NCBI RefSeq assembly: GCF_964213995.1
Contig: NC_135816.1
Location: forward strand, 51,522,001-51,586,000
Direction: 5' to 3'
Source: Mustelus asterias
Lineage: Eukaryota
Length of the DNA stretch: 64,000 bases
In this document: in pieces, positions 37,898 to 49,975 of the stretch
How the letters are laid out: each line of letters opens with the position of its first letter
Position numbering within the stretch: the first letter of the stretch is position 1
Translations under genes and position numbers: made by a program
The notes under the pieces: generated by a model
The model's database searches: none
What the model saw: only the letters and a program-made list of their open reading frames with translations
What the model was told of the DNA's origin: nothing

Positions 37898-39720
37898 GGA
37901 GGAACTTTCTGGTCTCTCTACGGTGTCTTTGTGGTGGCGGGAGGTGGCGTGCTGTTCAATGGTGGTGGGATCTTTTGATCCTGCCATTGTCAATGGAATT
38001 TCCCACTGCCTGCACCCCACATTGCTGGGAAACCTGTGGTGGGGTGTGCTGTTGGCGGGAGGATCCCCTGGCGTGAACAGCAGGAGTGTGGCGACTAGAG
38101 GATTTTCACAGTAACTTCACTGCAGCGTAATGTAAGCCTAGTTGTGACTGATAAATAAAATTTTACTTTGGATTGGAGGCATTGGGATAAAGGTTATTGG
38201 GTGTGGGGTGCAGGATCATTCATGGAGGCTCCTCGGGCAGACACCTGAATTCAGGAGGTAGACACACTCACTTCCCAAGTCCTCACCTCCACGAAGCTGC
38301 CTAGACTCAAGAAACCAGGCCAACAGCAGCAGCACCTTCCTGGAGTGGATTAGTCCCCGGCCAACTTCTAGCCTCAGTTAAAGGTGGAAATGGGCCAGTT
38401 GGAGGCTGGTCGGGAAATTGATTTTCCAAGCATTAAATCTCCAACTAACCCATACACATCCTCTTTTTTAAGGTTAACATCACCCCACCCCCTTTTGTCT
38501 CTAGTAGTCTCCCTCAAATAATCAATGTACAGAGCATTGCCTTAAAATATGACTACATGCCATGGGAAATGGACACTTTCCTGCCATGGGTTGGTTCTTG
38601 TGATGTAAGTTGGTGGGGAGCAAGTCCACAAGAAGAAACGCTACCTCGCTGTCATGTAATGGCCAATTAGCCTTTAATAAGCTGGTGGTGGGAGTTTTGC
38701 CCCTCAGGGACAGGAAATCCTGTCTCAGAGAGATCATCGCTGGAGTCAGGCACCAAGGTAAATTAGTGGGGATTTCAGCGGGAACAGGAAGGCCCAAGGA
38801 AGGCGGATAGAAGGATGGGGGCTGGGTTTGAATCGTTAAATGAGATTTCAATAGCCTGAGAGCAGGCGGGCCACCCAATATCTCCACCATTTCCTGTAAA
38901 ATCTAATACAGGTCAGGGTGAGTGGGTGGGCTCAGGCCAAGTGTGGAATCTTGTGCTCTTCTCCAACGGGTTTAGTGGCCATGCGGCATTTCATCAGGCA
39001 GAAGGGTGATGAGTTGGGATCCCACAACCTTCCTGGCTTGTCAACAATTAAGTCCGTGGAGAGATAGCCTGTGGATGGCCTTCCTGACCTCCCTGCCAAT
39101 TGAAGCCCTTAAGTGGGCAATTAATGCCTAATTAAGGGTCTCATCCCAGCCCCGCTGGTATTAACTGAGCAGTTGGGGTGTGGGCGGTGCTGCTTGCTAT
39201 GTGGTGGACATGACAAGCAAACCGTGATATGTTTGCTTGCCGGTTCTTTGGTGGGAGTAGGGAGGGAATCATTGCTCAAAGGCACTGAATGTCTGATCGA
39301 TGGACCTGGCATTGGGAAGGGGGTGAGGGACCTGCTCGGAGCCAACCCCCTGCTCTTGTTCCCCACCCCCACCCCACCACTCACCTTGAGGCCTAGATCC
39401 TGGGCCTTTGGTGGGTGCCGTTCCAGCAACAGCCATCACCTCTGAGTAGAGCTGCCATTCAAAAGAACTGCTGTTTCTGATTGGCCAGCAACTCCCAGCA
39501 GGCAGCTTTTCTGCCCCCAGAAACCTGCTTCCAGGGGAAGGCCCAGCAGGAGCTTGTCAAAGTAGCTAAACTGGAATGCAATACTAACGGGCCTGCCTGG
39601 AAAGAGGCGATGCGGGGCTCTCAACTGCTTTCCAGTTGACAGTTGAAACCCTGTTATGATTCTGCCCATTGGTTTTACAAGACCCCCTCCCTCCACACCC
39701 CCCCCCCCCCGACCCCGCCT
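37898..39720. mobile_element. Cluster of degraded GC-rich MITE fragments plus a SINE tail piece (about 38080-38170)
   Basis: Recurring MITE motifs (gatcttttgatcctgcc, aagcccttaagtgggcaattaatgcc, tgattctgccc). Boundaries are not resolvable by eye. Confidence 0.5.
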
Positions 39721-40689
39721 TCAAACCCTTGAATGACATGGAGGCACAAAATTGAGTTTGTCACCTTGACTGCCAGTAGCGACAGGGGTGTTTGTTAGAA
39801 TGACGACTGTTGCCTCATCATTTTCCTGCTGGCTTTTAGCATGTTAAAGCAGTGCCCAGCTAACTGATGCAAGCAGACCTCATTTCATGCAAAAGGTCCT
39901 CCTCAGCATTCCTTTATTCACCTTCTTCTTTTGCCTCCAAATAAGAGCAGTGGTGAATACTATGCACAATAGCTGTGACAAAAATTGAAATTAAAAGTAG
40001 TTCAGCTTTAAGAAACTGCTGCCATGAATGCCAAAACGTAATTGGGCTTCAACATGCATGTTCCATGGGCAGGTGTTTAACACAACAACACTATTCATGC
40101 ATAAAACTGGTAGAATTGAATAAGAACTCATTACCATTAAACTGTGAAAATGGAACTCTCAGCTGGATAGCAATGAGAAATCAGCACGGACCCAGCAAAA
40201 GTGGAACTTGTGCCATTTCCCGGCACTCAATTAGGCTGCCAGGAATTCCCCTACAACTCTCAAACTCAAAGACTCGAAAATCTGAGCTGCAGCCAGCAGC
40301 CATGTTTTTGTTGCCAAAATGTCTCAATTAATTCTTGAGACTTGTATATTTAAACATGTACTATTTATTGTTAGTCTTTAACTATCTGCAGATCCCAGGT
40401 TATTGCCACGCATGGTGCTGATCACCATGCAGGCAGGTTTCAGAGTATTCGCTCTGAGTCTGTTACCATGCAACTCTTCACATCATGCTATGGGTAGTGC
40501 CATTCTCCATGGTGCCAGTCCCATGTTAACTCTTGCTCTGCTGAGCACCTTTGCAGTCCAAAGACATGCACATAACATCACAACGTCCCACTTTTCTTCT
40601 CCAAAGAAATCTTTCCTCCCTTCCAACAGATTATTACAGTATAATTTTTACTTGCTATTCTTTCTCCCCTAGCCTCAGGTCTCTGACTT

Positions 40690-42270
40690 TATGAATTGAG
40701 ACGATCTTGAGGGTTGACAGCGCTTCCAAATCTCAGTCTGTCCATGTTTGGAGGAATGGCAGTAGTCCTGTGTTTCTGGTCATTCATTATCTCCGTTTGA
40801 TTTGCTTTCTGCGCTCCTTGTGTTTCCCTTTATTAACAATACGTCTGCTCATTTTAGACATTGTAGGTTTGTCCCGTTCCTTGTGAAGGGAGTGTGTACT
40901 CCTTTCATTCCTTGAGTGGACTCGAATTTTCCTTTACCATGGTGTCCACCATGATCTTGATGGATGTTTATGCTTCGCAAATGGAACCTTCACCTTCACT
41001 TGTTTCACAATTTCAGCCACACATCTGTTCGCTGTTTTACTTCCAAATCACTCTGGAAGCTTATGAATCTTTTCATTCAGCTCAATGGTTTTCAGTATGT
41101 CCGAGACATCCAGTGCTTTTTCTTCTACTAGTGCCTTGCGCCTGTGATGGATTTACAGTTTCTGATCTTATTTCTGTCTTTGCTTCCCCTGTCTGCAGCC
41201 TGGAAAGTCTGACCACTTTTCCTTTCAATGCTTCCTCTTTTTCATTCAACTCCTTCTTCTGTTTCTTTATTGTAGTTTTAGGCTTCCTCCTGGAAGATGG
41301 AACATTACTAAGTCTTCCCCGCCAACTATTTCTTCAGTTTGTTCATAATGGCGTGAAACACATTTTGCTTCTCTTAGTAATCTTCCTGAGGAATAAACCT
41401 TGACGTAAGGAGTTTGTGCAACATGTGAAGGCCTTTCAACAGATTTTCTTTTTCTTTGCAAAGCTTGCATGCTTCATCTTGAACTTGACTGTAATTCAGC
41501 AAAGTCTCCTCAAGTTTCTTCTGCCATGCTTCAATTCAGCTTTTAAAGACAGTCTTCATTTCTTCATGTTACTCAATGGCCAGACATTCCCTTTGTATTT
41601 GATCTTGAAGGATAATCAATTGTTCTTTCAACTGTTTATTTCCTTGTTGACCTGGTGCCAACTATCTTTGGGTTTCAATGCTTTTATTTCATTGTTACTG
41701 ATAGTTCCAACACTGAAGTAACATTCAACATTGTGTTTAGTTCCTTATGTTTTTCCACGGCTGCATGTTGATTCTTCAAGGAGTCTTCCAGGGTTGCAGC
41801 TTATTTACATGCCTTTTCTGCCTGCTGATTTGCCTCAGAGTAAATCTGATTGAGTTTTTCCAACTCTTGCCTTGATTTGCCAACTGCGTGATTGAGGGTC
41901 ATTTTTTTCTTCCTGGTACCTTTGCTTTGTTTCTGAAATTTGTTTGTTCAGATCTCAAACAGTTTCGTTCATTGAAGACTTCAGTTCATTGTGCGTTTTC
42001 AAAGATATATACTCAGCTTGAATCTTATGCTTCAAATCTTCCAAATCAGCTCTGATGCAAACGTTTCATGGTAAATCAGTTCAATTGCTTCTTGCATGGT
42101 TTGCTTCTTTGAGTTACCACAGGTAGTTTTCCTTCATTCACAGTCATCTACTCACTCCATTGTGCCACATGCTGTTGCAGTTTGGGTACTGTGGTAGCAT
42201 TTTTAAGGAGTTCTACATTTAAGCCATTCCGCTGCTTTTCAGCCATTTTCTTCTGCGCTAAACCCTTTGG
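40690..42270 (-). pseudogene. Decayed UACA-like (UACA/RAI14/ANKRD24 family) coiled-coil pseudogene
   Basis: Minus-strand pieces: ADLEDLKHKIQAEYISLKTHNELKSSMNETV*DLNKQISE; KQLKEQLIILQDQIQRECLAIE*HEEMK; LLTSRFIPQEDY*EKQNVFHAIMNKLKK*LAGKT**CSIFQEEA*NYNKETEE; ELNEKEEALKGKVVRLSRLQT. The repeated IQxEYIxLxxHxELK motif is typical of this family. Many stops and frameshifts. Confidence 0.7.
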
Positions 42271-42332
42271 CTTGTGCGTGTCATTGCACTCACATGGCCA
42301 GCAAACATCTTGTAACTGATTTAGATGTTGTC

Positions 42333-42462
42333 TCCCTCACTCTGGGGTCTTTAGTTGCCCTCAATGCTTTATTGAGAGTTGCCCTCTCTCTGGAATCTTT
42401 TGTTGTCTACTCTCTCCGGTCTTTTGATGCCCCCTCTCTCTGGGATCTTTTGTTGCCCTCGG
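42333..42462. repeat. Imperfect minisatellite, unit about 22-24 bp (CCCTCTCTCTGGGATCTTTTGTTG)
   Basis: About four degenerate copies read directly. Confidence 0.7.
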
Positions 42463-42537
42463 TGCCTTACTGGACTTTTTCTTTTTAAGAAAAAAGCCAA
42501 AGCAGTGATTATTTCTTTTTTAGCTCCACGGGCTAAT

Positions 42538-43022
42538 GGGGGCGATTCTCCAGCTCCGTGCACTCAGGTTCAAATTACATTATGGCTGGAGAATCTCACA
42601 AGAGGGGCCATTACGCGATTGGCGTCGGAGAGAACCTCTTTTGGGATTCTCCCTGCATTTACCCTCCCCGCGCGATGTAATTTGGTTTATCCCCAGTGAG
42701 GGCGTGAACCAGATTAGCAGATTCAAATCTGCATTTAAATATGCATTTCTGGATTTTAGCCAGATTCACCCGGCTCTCAGGATTAACCCAGCCCCCAGGA
42801 TTCACCGACCCGCCAACGCAACAGGTAGCCTGCAGAAGCCACTACTGGTTTCCACAAATGGAGACCAGGTGTGATGGCAATGCCAGGAGGCTCGGAGGCC
42901 ATTGGAGCTCCTGGATGGCCAAGGACATATCTTGGCATTGCACCCTGGCACTGCCAAGGGAGAAGCCATCAAGGGGCAGGGTCCAAAGTGGACAGAGTCC
43001 ATAGACAAGCTCATAGTGGGGA
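42538..43022 (+). mobile_element. Partial GC-rich MITE, truncated or interrupted by a CR1
   Basis: Terminus gggggcgattctcc; internal gcatttaaatatgc and tggagaccaggtgtgatggc motifs shared with other MITEs. Confidence 0.6.
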
Positions 43023-43746
43023 TATGCAAATGTGAGAGAACTTTGATAGGGGTACATGTTCATAGCTCTTTGAAAGTGGAGTCACAGGTGGACAGAGTGG
43101 TGAAGAAGGCATTCGGCATGCTTGGTTTCATCGGTCAGAACATTGATTACAGGAGTTGGGACGTCTTGTTGAAGTTGTACAAGACATTGGTAAGGCCACA
43201 CTTGGAATACTGTGTGCAGTTCTGGTCACCCTATTATAGAAAGGATATTATTAAACTAGAAAGAGTGCAGAAAAGATTTACTAGGATGCTACCGGGACTT
43301 GATGGATTGAGTTAGAAGGAGAGGCCGAATAGACTGGGACTTTATTCTCTGGAGCGAAGGAGGCTGAGGGGTGACCTTATAGAGGTCTATAAAATAATGA
43401 GGGGCACAGACAAAGTAGATAGTCAATATCTTTTCCCAAAGGTAGGGGAGTCTAAAACTAGAGGGCATAGGTTTAAGGTGAGAGGGGAGAGATACAAAAG
43501 TGTCCAGAGGGGCAATTTTTTCACACAGAGGGTGCTGAGTGTCTGGAACAAGCTGCCAGAAGTAGTAGTAGAGGCGGGTACAATTTTATCTTTTAAAAAG
43601 CATTTAGATAGTTACATGGGTACAATGGGTATGGAGGGATATGGGCCAATTGCGGGCAATTGGGATTAGCTTAGGGGTTTAAAAAAAAAGGACGGCATGG
43701 GCAGGTTGGGCCGAAGGGCCTGTTTCCATGCTGTAAACCTCTATGA
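43023..43746 (+). mobile_element. Young CR1 LINE 3' end
   Basis: GVHVHSSLKVESQVDRVVKKAFGMLGFI...LVRPHLEYCVQFWSPYYRKDIIKLERVQKRFTRMLPG; 3' UTR gggccgaagggcctgtttccatgctgtaaacctctatgac. Confidence 0.95.
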
Positions 43747-44075
43747 CACTGCAGCGAACGGAGATTTGATTGAGTGCTAAATTCTCCATTCTCATTGGCA
43801 GTGCTAGTGGGCCATATGAGAGCAGAGAATTCTGGCTGTAGTCATTTTGTTGGAGAATTGCGCCAAATGATACCAAAGTGTAAATGTGCAGTTATAAGCA
43901 CTGGATACACCCATGAAAAGAACTGCTTATTATTCATGGTAACTTTAAGAACTTTAAAACTTTAAACTTAAACTTGTTTGTGAAGTGCCTTTTATTGATT
44001 TAAATGTATTTGCAGGATTAAAACCTGTGGAAATCTCCATGAATTTTGCAAGAAATATTACTGGAGAAACACAAT

Positions 44076-45494
44076 GGGCCCGATTTTACCATTTTCATTC
44101 TAAGTGCTGAATCTGGGCACAATTCAGATCCGACTTAGAAATCTGCTTTCAGGCACCCCGTATGCACTTCGCCTGAAAAAAAAATCGCCAGTCGGAATTG
44201 CGCTGTGGGCGGGACTTAGCGTGCCCGAAATGATCGGAGCTCTGAACTGCACATGCGCAGTGGGGAAAATAAATTTGAAAATCGCGCTGCTGTCACATCG
44301 CTCCCAGGCAACAAAAAGCGGATAAAGCGACCCGGGAGCGATGGTCTCCACAGACATAACCCCACCCCTGCAACATAACTTTCCCCCTTATCCACCCACC
44401 CTCCCCGCTACCCAGACCGATCGCGACCCTCAGCCCCCTTTCCCCCCACCGATCGCCCGCAGAGTGCAGCGGACACCCCTCCCCCCCCCCTCCCCCCGAC
44501 CACCGGAGATCCATCTGGCCTCCCTCCCAGTATATTTCACATACTCACAGCCGAGTACTTCGACAGTTTCACTCATTAAGTGCATGTGCACTATTATAGC
44601 TGTGGAATTCCTTCTCTCTGCTGCCTGTACTTGCAAAATCCACCGAGGTACATATCCAGGCCTTTATTGAAGTTGTGTAATGAAACATATAGGTGCGTAT
44701 ACAAATAACCGTTGCTTGATTCAACAACCTTCGCAATTGTGTTTAGCAACAGCCAACTTGCAGTAAATTCTAAGTGCTGCATTTCTAAGTTTAGAAGACA
44801 ATTTGGGAAATGGTAATAAGATAATTTCTACTTCTTCTGAACTTGCTGGTGTAGGGGAAAAAAAACAACATTCATGGCAAGTGAAGTATAATCTAAGTAG
44901 CACTTATAACAGGAATGATCAGAATTAGAAATGTAATGGGATAGAATTAACCCTCCCCCTCCCCAGAGAATGATCAGGCCTCCCCCCCCCACCCAGAGAA
45001 TGATCGGGCCTCCTCCATCCACCCCCCCCCCCCCCCCCACCCAGAGAAAGTTCAGGCCTCCCCTGCCCCCCCCCCCCCCCCCCTCAACCAGACAACAATC
45101 TGCCCTCCCTACCCCCCAACCAGAGAATGATCGGGTCCGTCACCGCTCCCCTCCCCCCCCTAACCGATCTGAGTCAGAGAGCCGTTGGAAGCGCTGAACT
45201 TACCTCTTGAGCAGCTGCAGCGCTGAGCAAGTCTGTTTTGCGCTGAATCTGGACGCGCAAACGTGGTGGTAAAGTGGGAAATGCTGATAAAGCTGGGCGG
45301 GCAGTTCATTAATTCAATTTAAATGCATGCAAATTCATTTAAATCGCCGTTGCGCCCGTTTCAGGGGCGAATCGGATCGCGGTCATTCCCGGGTCTCGGT
45401 AAAGTGGGCATCTGCGCAGACGTGGACTGCGTTAATAGCCTCATGCCCGACTTTACCGCGTTTTCGCGCCCGACGCAATGGTAAAATCGGGCCC
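44076..45494. mobile_element. Intact 1.4-kb non-autonomous DNA transposon (probably PIF/Harbinger-type MITE)
   Basis: Perfect 18-bp TIRs GGGCCCGATTTTACCATT / AATGGTAAAATCGGGCCC, 3-bp TSD AAT on both sides, CpG-rich ends. Confidence 0.9.
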
Positions 45495-45497
45495 AAT

Positions 45498-45707
45498 GGG
45501 GTGGGATTTTCCAGCTGTTCCTATTGGTGGGATCTTCCAGTCTCGCTTAGGGCAAGCCCCCCGCCCCTCATGGGTTCCCCGGTAGTGGAGAGTGCATACA
45601 ATAGGTGAACCCTGTTGAAAGTGGCCAGACCGGAAGATTGTTCTGCCTGCTAATGGCAGGGCACCTCCGCAAAACTCGGCGGGGGTGCGGGGGGGGGAAT
45701 CTCACCG
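45498..45707. mobile_element. Short MITE directly adjacent to the 1.4-kb element
   Basis: ggggtgggattttcc ... gggaatctcaccg degenerate TIRs; same family as 22378-22511 and 49976-50989. Confidence 0.65.
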
Positions 45708-46169
45708 TATGTGGTAAGTACCAGTAAAACACATGTGAGTAATTAGTACATGAAGAAATAAATCATTTACAGGAATATCAAATGTTAAGTATGCTGATGT
45801 CAAAATAAATTCTCAACATGTGCCAAATGAATAATCCTGAGTATGAAATACTGATTATTATATCCAAATATTTACACTGAGAATATTAATCATTGTTCAA
45901 GATTCAACAAGAATTGCTGTTGATTTCACATTCCTTAAACTAAGTCATATTTGCAGTATTTGCAAATCATCAGGAATCATAACCTTTGAAAAAGATCTTC
46001 ATTTAAAACTCAATCACACTAATTGTTTGTTTTCCAAATAGCAAAGCTGCCAATTTTTCTGTTTTAACTAGCATTTTGCCTGGCACATGATCCAAAGAAC
46101 TCATTGATGATTGCAACAGTGCCATCAGAAAGCAATTAGAAGTACCTTGACTCTTGCTCAACCCAAGAG

Positions 46170-46271
46170 ATATTTTCCTACTGTCATTGCATAATGTGTT
46201 TATCCTAAAGGAAATTTCCACAGGCTTTAATATTCTCCTACTGTCATTGCATAAAGTGTTTATCCTTAAGG
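46170..46271. repeat. Direct repeat, 2 x 42 bp with 60-bp period
   Basis: atattttcctactgtcattgcataatgtgtttatcctaaagg versus atattctcctactgtcattgcataaagtgtttatccttaagg (3 mismatches). Confidence 0.92.
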
Positions 46272-46314
46272 TTTGAATTCTGCAAGTACATTTTTTAAAA
46301 AATCACAAACAAGT

Positions 46315-46481
46315 TTAAGTTTAAAGCTAAAGTTTAAAGTTTTAAATATTTAAAGTTTATTTATTAGTGTCACAAGTAGGCTTACATTAATATTGCAATG
46401 AAGTTACTGTGAAAATCCTCTAGTCGCCAGGCTTCGGCACCTGTTTGGATATGCTGAGGGACAATTTAGCATGGCCAATCC
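46315..46481 (-). mobile_element. 3' fragment of alternative-tail HE1-like SINE with an expanded (taaactt)n tail
   Basis: aaagtttaaagtt repeats followed by the reverse complement of the alternative tail. Confidence 0.8.
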
Positions 46482-47749
46482 ATTGATATAGCAACAAAGA
46501 TAAACTATATTGAAGTTATTACGGGATAGGGTTTAGCGATGCAAAATTGGCATTTCCTATTCGGCATTTTGTTTAGTAATGCTGGCTGCCGTCACATCTG
46601 AGAATATTACCTTAATATCACAAGCTGTCGAATAAAACCAAAATGTATACAGGTTGGTTGCTGCTTTATCAGCTGAGTTGACAGCCAGGGAAGCCAATGA
46701 AAATGAAGGGATTAAAACTTTAGAAAAATCAGAAGGGAACAAACTGGGATTCCCTACTTCCTTGCTGTGGATTTCCCCAATTCAATTGTAATCTGGTCAA
46801 CCTGCAGACGATCTTTCATTCATTCAGGTACCAAGAGGTTCTCGGAATCACAGGTAAGACTTTGCAGTTTCTATGCACTTTTGGATCAAAAGCCTACCTC
46901 CTTGTAAGTACAATATGATCAAGTACTATTATGTATAGCCTAGTAAGAGTCAGCACCTTTCAGAAGTAGAAGAGAAGAGTTTATGTATTTCTGGTGGGTT
47001 TTTGTATTCATTCAGTGTTATATGGAAACGGAGAATCCTTTGTGATGGCCATGTGGCAAAATGGACACTGGTGTAAACTCAGCACACAATTAAAACATCT
47101 TAATCCCACATGCTTGGCAAATGTTAATGAATTTGTTTTTAAAATAGATGTATAGTTGATACCCCAAAATAGTATACTATGGAAAAGGGAAACTGAAATG
47201 AAAATGATAAAATAAAACTGCTACCCGTCAGTTATCCGGACAACAAGTCATGAGGCAGGCACATGTTTTCTGTGGAAAAATGCATGTCTGCTCTCAATCA
47301 AGGATCTGAGTCATAACCAAATGTCCAATGCCCGCATTAAATTTTAAATGAAAACATGTGCAACAATATCCAACGGCAATACAAGGGGAGTTTAATCCTC
47401 TCATCTTATCTCTGCTAGAGTACTTGTACTGGAGTTACAGAGGGATCAACTGATACTCACATGCTTTTTGCAAGTGGGTCTAATATGTATAAATATACAT
47501 GGTTGCGTATTGAGTCTGAGTTAAAAATTGAAGCCTAAATGTATTATAAATAATTATAATGTTTTGCTTTAACAAGACTGAATTGATGGTATACTGTAAT
47601 TATGCTCATTTTTATTTCACTTACGGTCAGGATACCAAAATTGGACTCTGCATCCTTTGGCTAGGAAGAGTGGGATAGGTGGATAGGAAGCAGCTAGGTT
47701 TCTCAACCTCGATCATATCTAAAGGTTCCTCCTGGATAAAGTGTTTTTG

Positions 47750-47990
47750 TGGACAGTGACATCGTAGTAATGTTACTGGATTAGTAATCCAAAAGGAGGA
47801 ATTCAATTCTCAGCATGCCATTTCAATTCAACTAGTTAAGAAATCTGGAATTAGTATTCGTGGTTATGAAACTAATAGATTGTCACAAAAATCCATCTAG
47901 TACCTGAGGTAATGAACTCTGCTGTCCTTACCCCGTCTGGTCTATGTGTGACTCCAAACCTACCCTCAAATCTGAACAACTATGAGGTGC
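47750..47990 (+). mobile_element. Old tRNA-derived SINE-like repeat
   Basis: gtagtaatgttactggattagtaatcc..ttcaattctc head and gctgtccttaccccgtctggtctatgtgtgactcca body. Confidence 0.45.
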
Positions 47991-48685
47991 TACGCAGAAC
48001 TATAGGAATATTGGAATTAGGAGCAGAAAGAGGCCATTTGGCCCATCGAGCCTGCTCTGCCATTCATTATGATCATGGCTGATCATCCACCTCATCCCTT
48101 TTGTTTTCTCTACCCCAGAAATCTATTAATTCCTGTCCCGACATGTTCAGTGATTGAGCTTCCACAGCCTTCTGCGGTAGAAAATTCCAAAGATTCACCA
48201 CTCTCAGTGAAGAAATTCCTCCTCAGCCCAGTCTTAAATGGCTTGTCCCTTATTCGGAGACGGTCTCCTGTGTCTAAACTCACCAATCAGGGGAAATATC
48301 TTATTCATTTTTACACTGTCACATCCTGTAAGAACTTTATAGGTTTCAATGAGATCGTCTCCCATTCTTTAAAACTCGAAAGAATACAGTCTCCTCAGTT
48401 TCTCCTCATAAGACAATCCTAGCATCCCAGGGAATAATCTGGTGAACCCCCGTTGCACTCCCTCTGTGGCAAGTGCATGCTCCTTTAGATTAGGAGAACA
48501 GAACTGTATACAATGCTTCAGGCTCTATACAATTGCAACAAGACATCTTTACTCCTCTACTCAAATCCCCTTGCGATGAAGGCCAACATACTATTTGCCT
48601 TCTTAATTGCTTGCTGCATCTGCATGCTAGCTTTTGGTAACTCATAAACGATGTCAGCAACCTCTCACCATTAAAGAAATACGCT

Positions 48686-49026
48686 GGGGCCAATCTCATG
48701 AAAAATATTCTAAGTACAGAATGAGCGTGAAAATGGGAGAGTTTCGAATCTGTTTTCTTGGTGAGTCCAAATCTGGTATCTTATGCACTTAGCACAAGAA
48801 AGAAAATCCAGAAATCGGATTTCCGCCTGTAGGGGGAGGGGTTTAAATTGCCAGAAAGCTGGCTGATAGCAGCAAAGGGCGGTATTGTGCATGTGTAGGT
48901 CTTTGCTCTGAGCAGCAGAGACCTGTCACACAGCCTCTGCTGCTTTCAGCTGGCCTCCATGGCCTAAACCCAGGGTGGCCGATCACGGCCTGTCGGCCGG
49001 CAGAGCATGATGGTAAGATCGCCCCC
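48686..49026. mobile_element. MITE inserted in CR1
   Basis: Termini ggggccaatctc / ggtaagatcgccccc; flanks gct/tct; CR1 resumes tctgcctttctg. Confidence 0.75.
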
Positions 49027-49975
49027 TCTGCCTTTCTGTTTTTTCTACCAAAGTGAATAACATCACACTTGTTCACATTATATCTAATCTGCCACACTCT
49101 TGCCCATTCACTTAGCCAGTCCAAATCCTCTTGAAACCTTCTTTCATCCTCTTCACAATTCACATTCCCACTTAGTTTTGTGTCATCAGCAAATTTGGAA
49201 ATATAATGCTTGGTCCCAACATCCAAATCATTTATATAGATTGTGAACAGCTGTGGGCCAAGCAATGATCCTTGCGGTACCCCATTAATAATAGTCTGCC
49301 ATCCTGACATGGACCCATTTATTCATATGCTGTATTTCTGTCTATTAACCAATTTGCAATCCACAATAGTTTATTACCCATAGTTCTATGTGTTCTAATT
49401 TTGTTTACTGGCCTCCTGTGTGGCATCTTATCAAAAGCCTTCTGAAAATCCAAATGCACCATATCCATGGGTTCTCCTTTATCAATGCTACAAGTAACAT
49501 CTTCAAAAAAAAAAAGGACAAGTTTATCAAACATGATTTCCCTTTCATAAATCCATGCTGACTGTCCAATGATATCATTATTTTCCAAGTCCCCAGTAAT
49601 CACATCCTTTATACCAGATTTTAACTTTTTCCCTAACACTGACGTCTAACAAACAAGTTTATAGTTCTCAGTTTTCTCTCTCTCTCTTCCTTCTTAAACA
49701 GTGGGGCTACATCTGCTACTTTCCAGTCTGCAGAAACCTTTCCAGAATCCACAGACTTTTGAAAGATACCCAACAATCTCTATAGTCACCTCCTTTAACA
49801 CTCTGGAATGCAGCTCATCTAGCCCAGGGGATTTATCGGTATTTAATCCAATTATTTATTCAAGCACTACTTCGTTCTTGATACTAGTTAATTTCAGTTC
49901 ATAATTTTCACTGATCCCACAGTTCCCTAATTTTTCTGGGTGATTTTCTGTATCTTCCTCTGTGAGGACCACAAA

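Noticed and set aside
40894-41721. Plus-strand hydrophobic Phe/Leu-rich ORFs resembling membrane proteins
   Set aside because: They are the antisense reading of the E/K-rich coiled-coil pseudogene on the minus strand.
45190-45215. Strong minus-strand donor-like sites (GAG|gtaagt) in MITE-like sequence, also near 11750 and 11812
   Set aside because: No convincing matching acceptor or frame-compatible exon found. Consensus-like donors are common in these repeats.
46170-46271. Repeat-spacer-repeat as a CRISPR array
   Set aside because: Only two units, an 18-bp spacer, vertebrate intron context and no cas genes.
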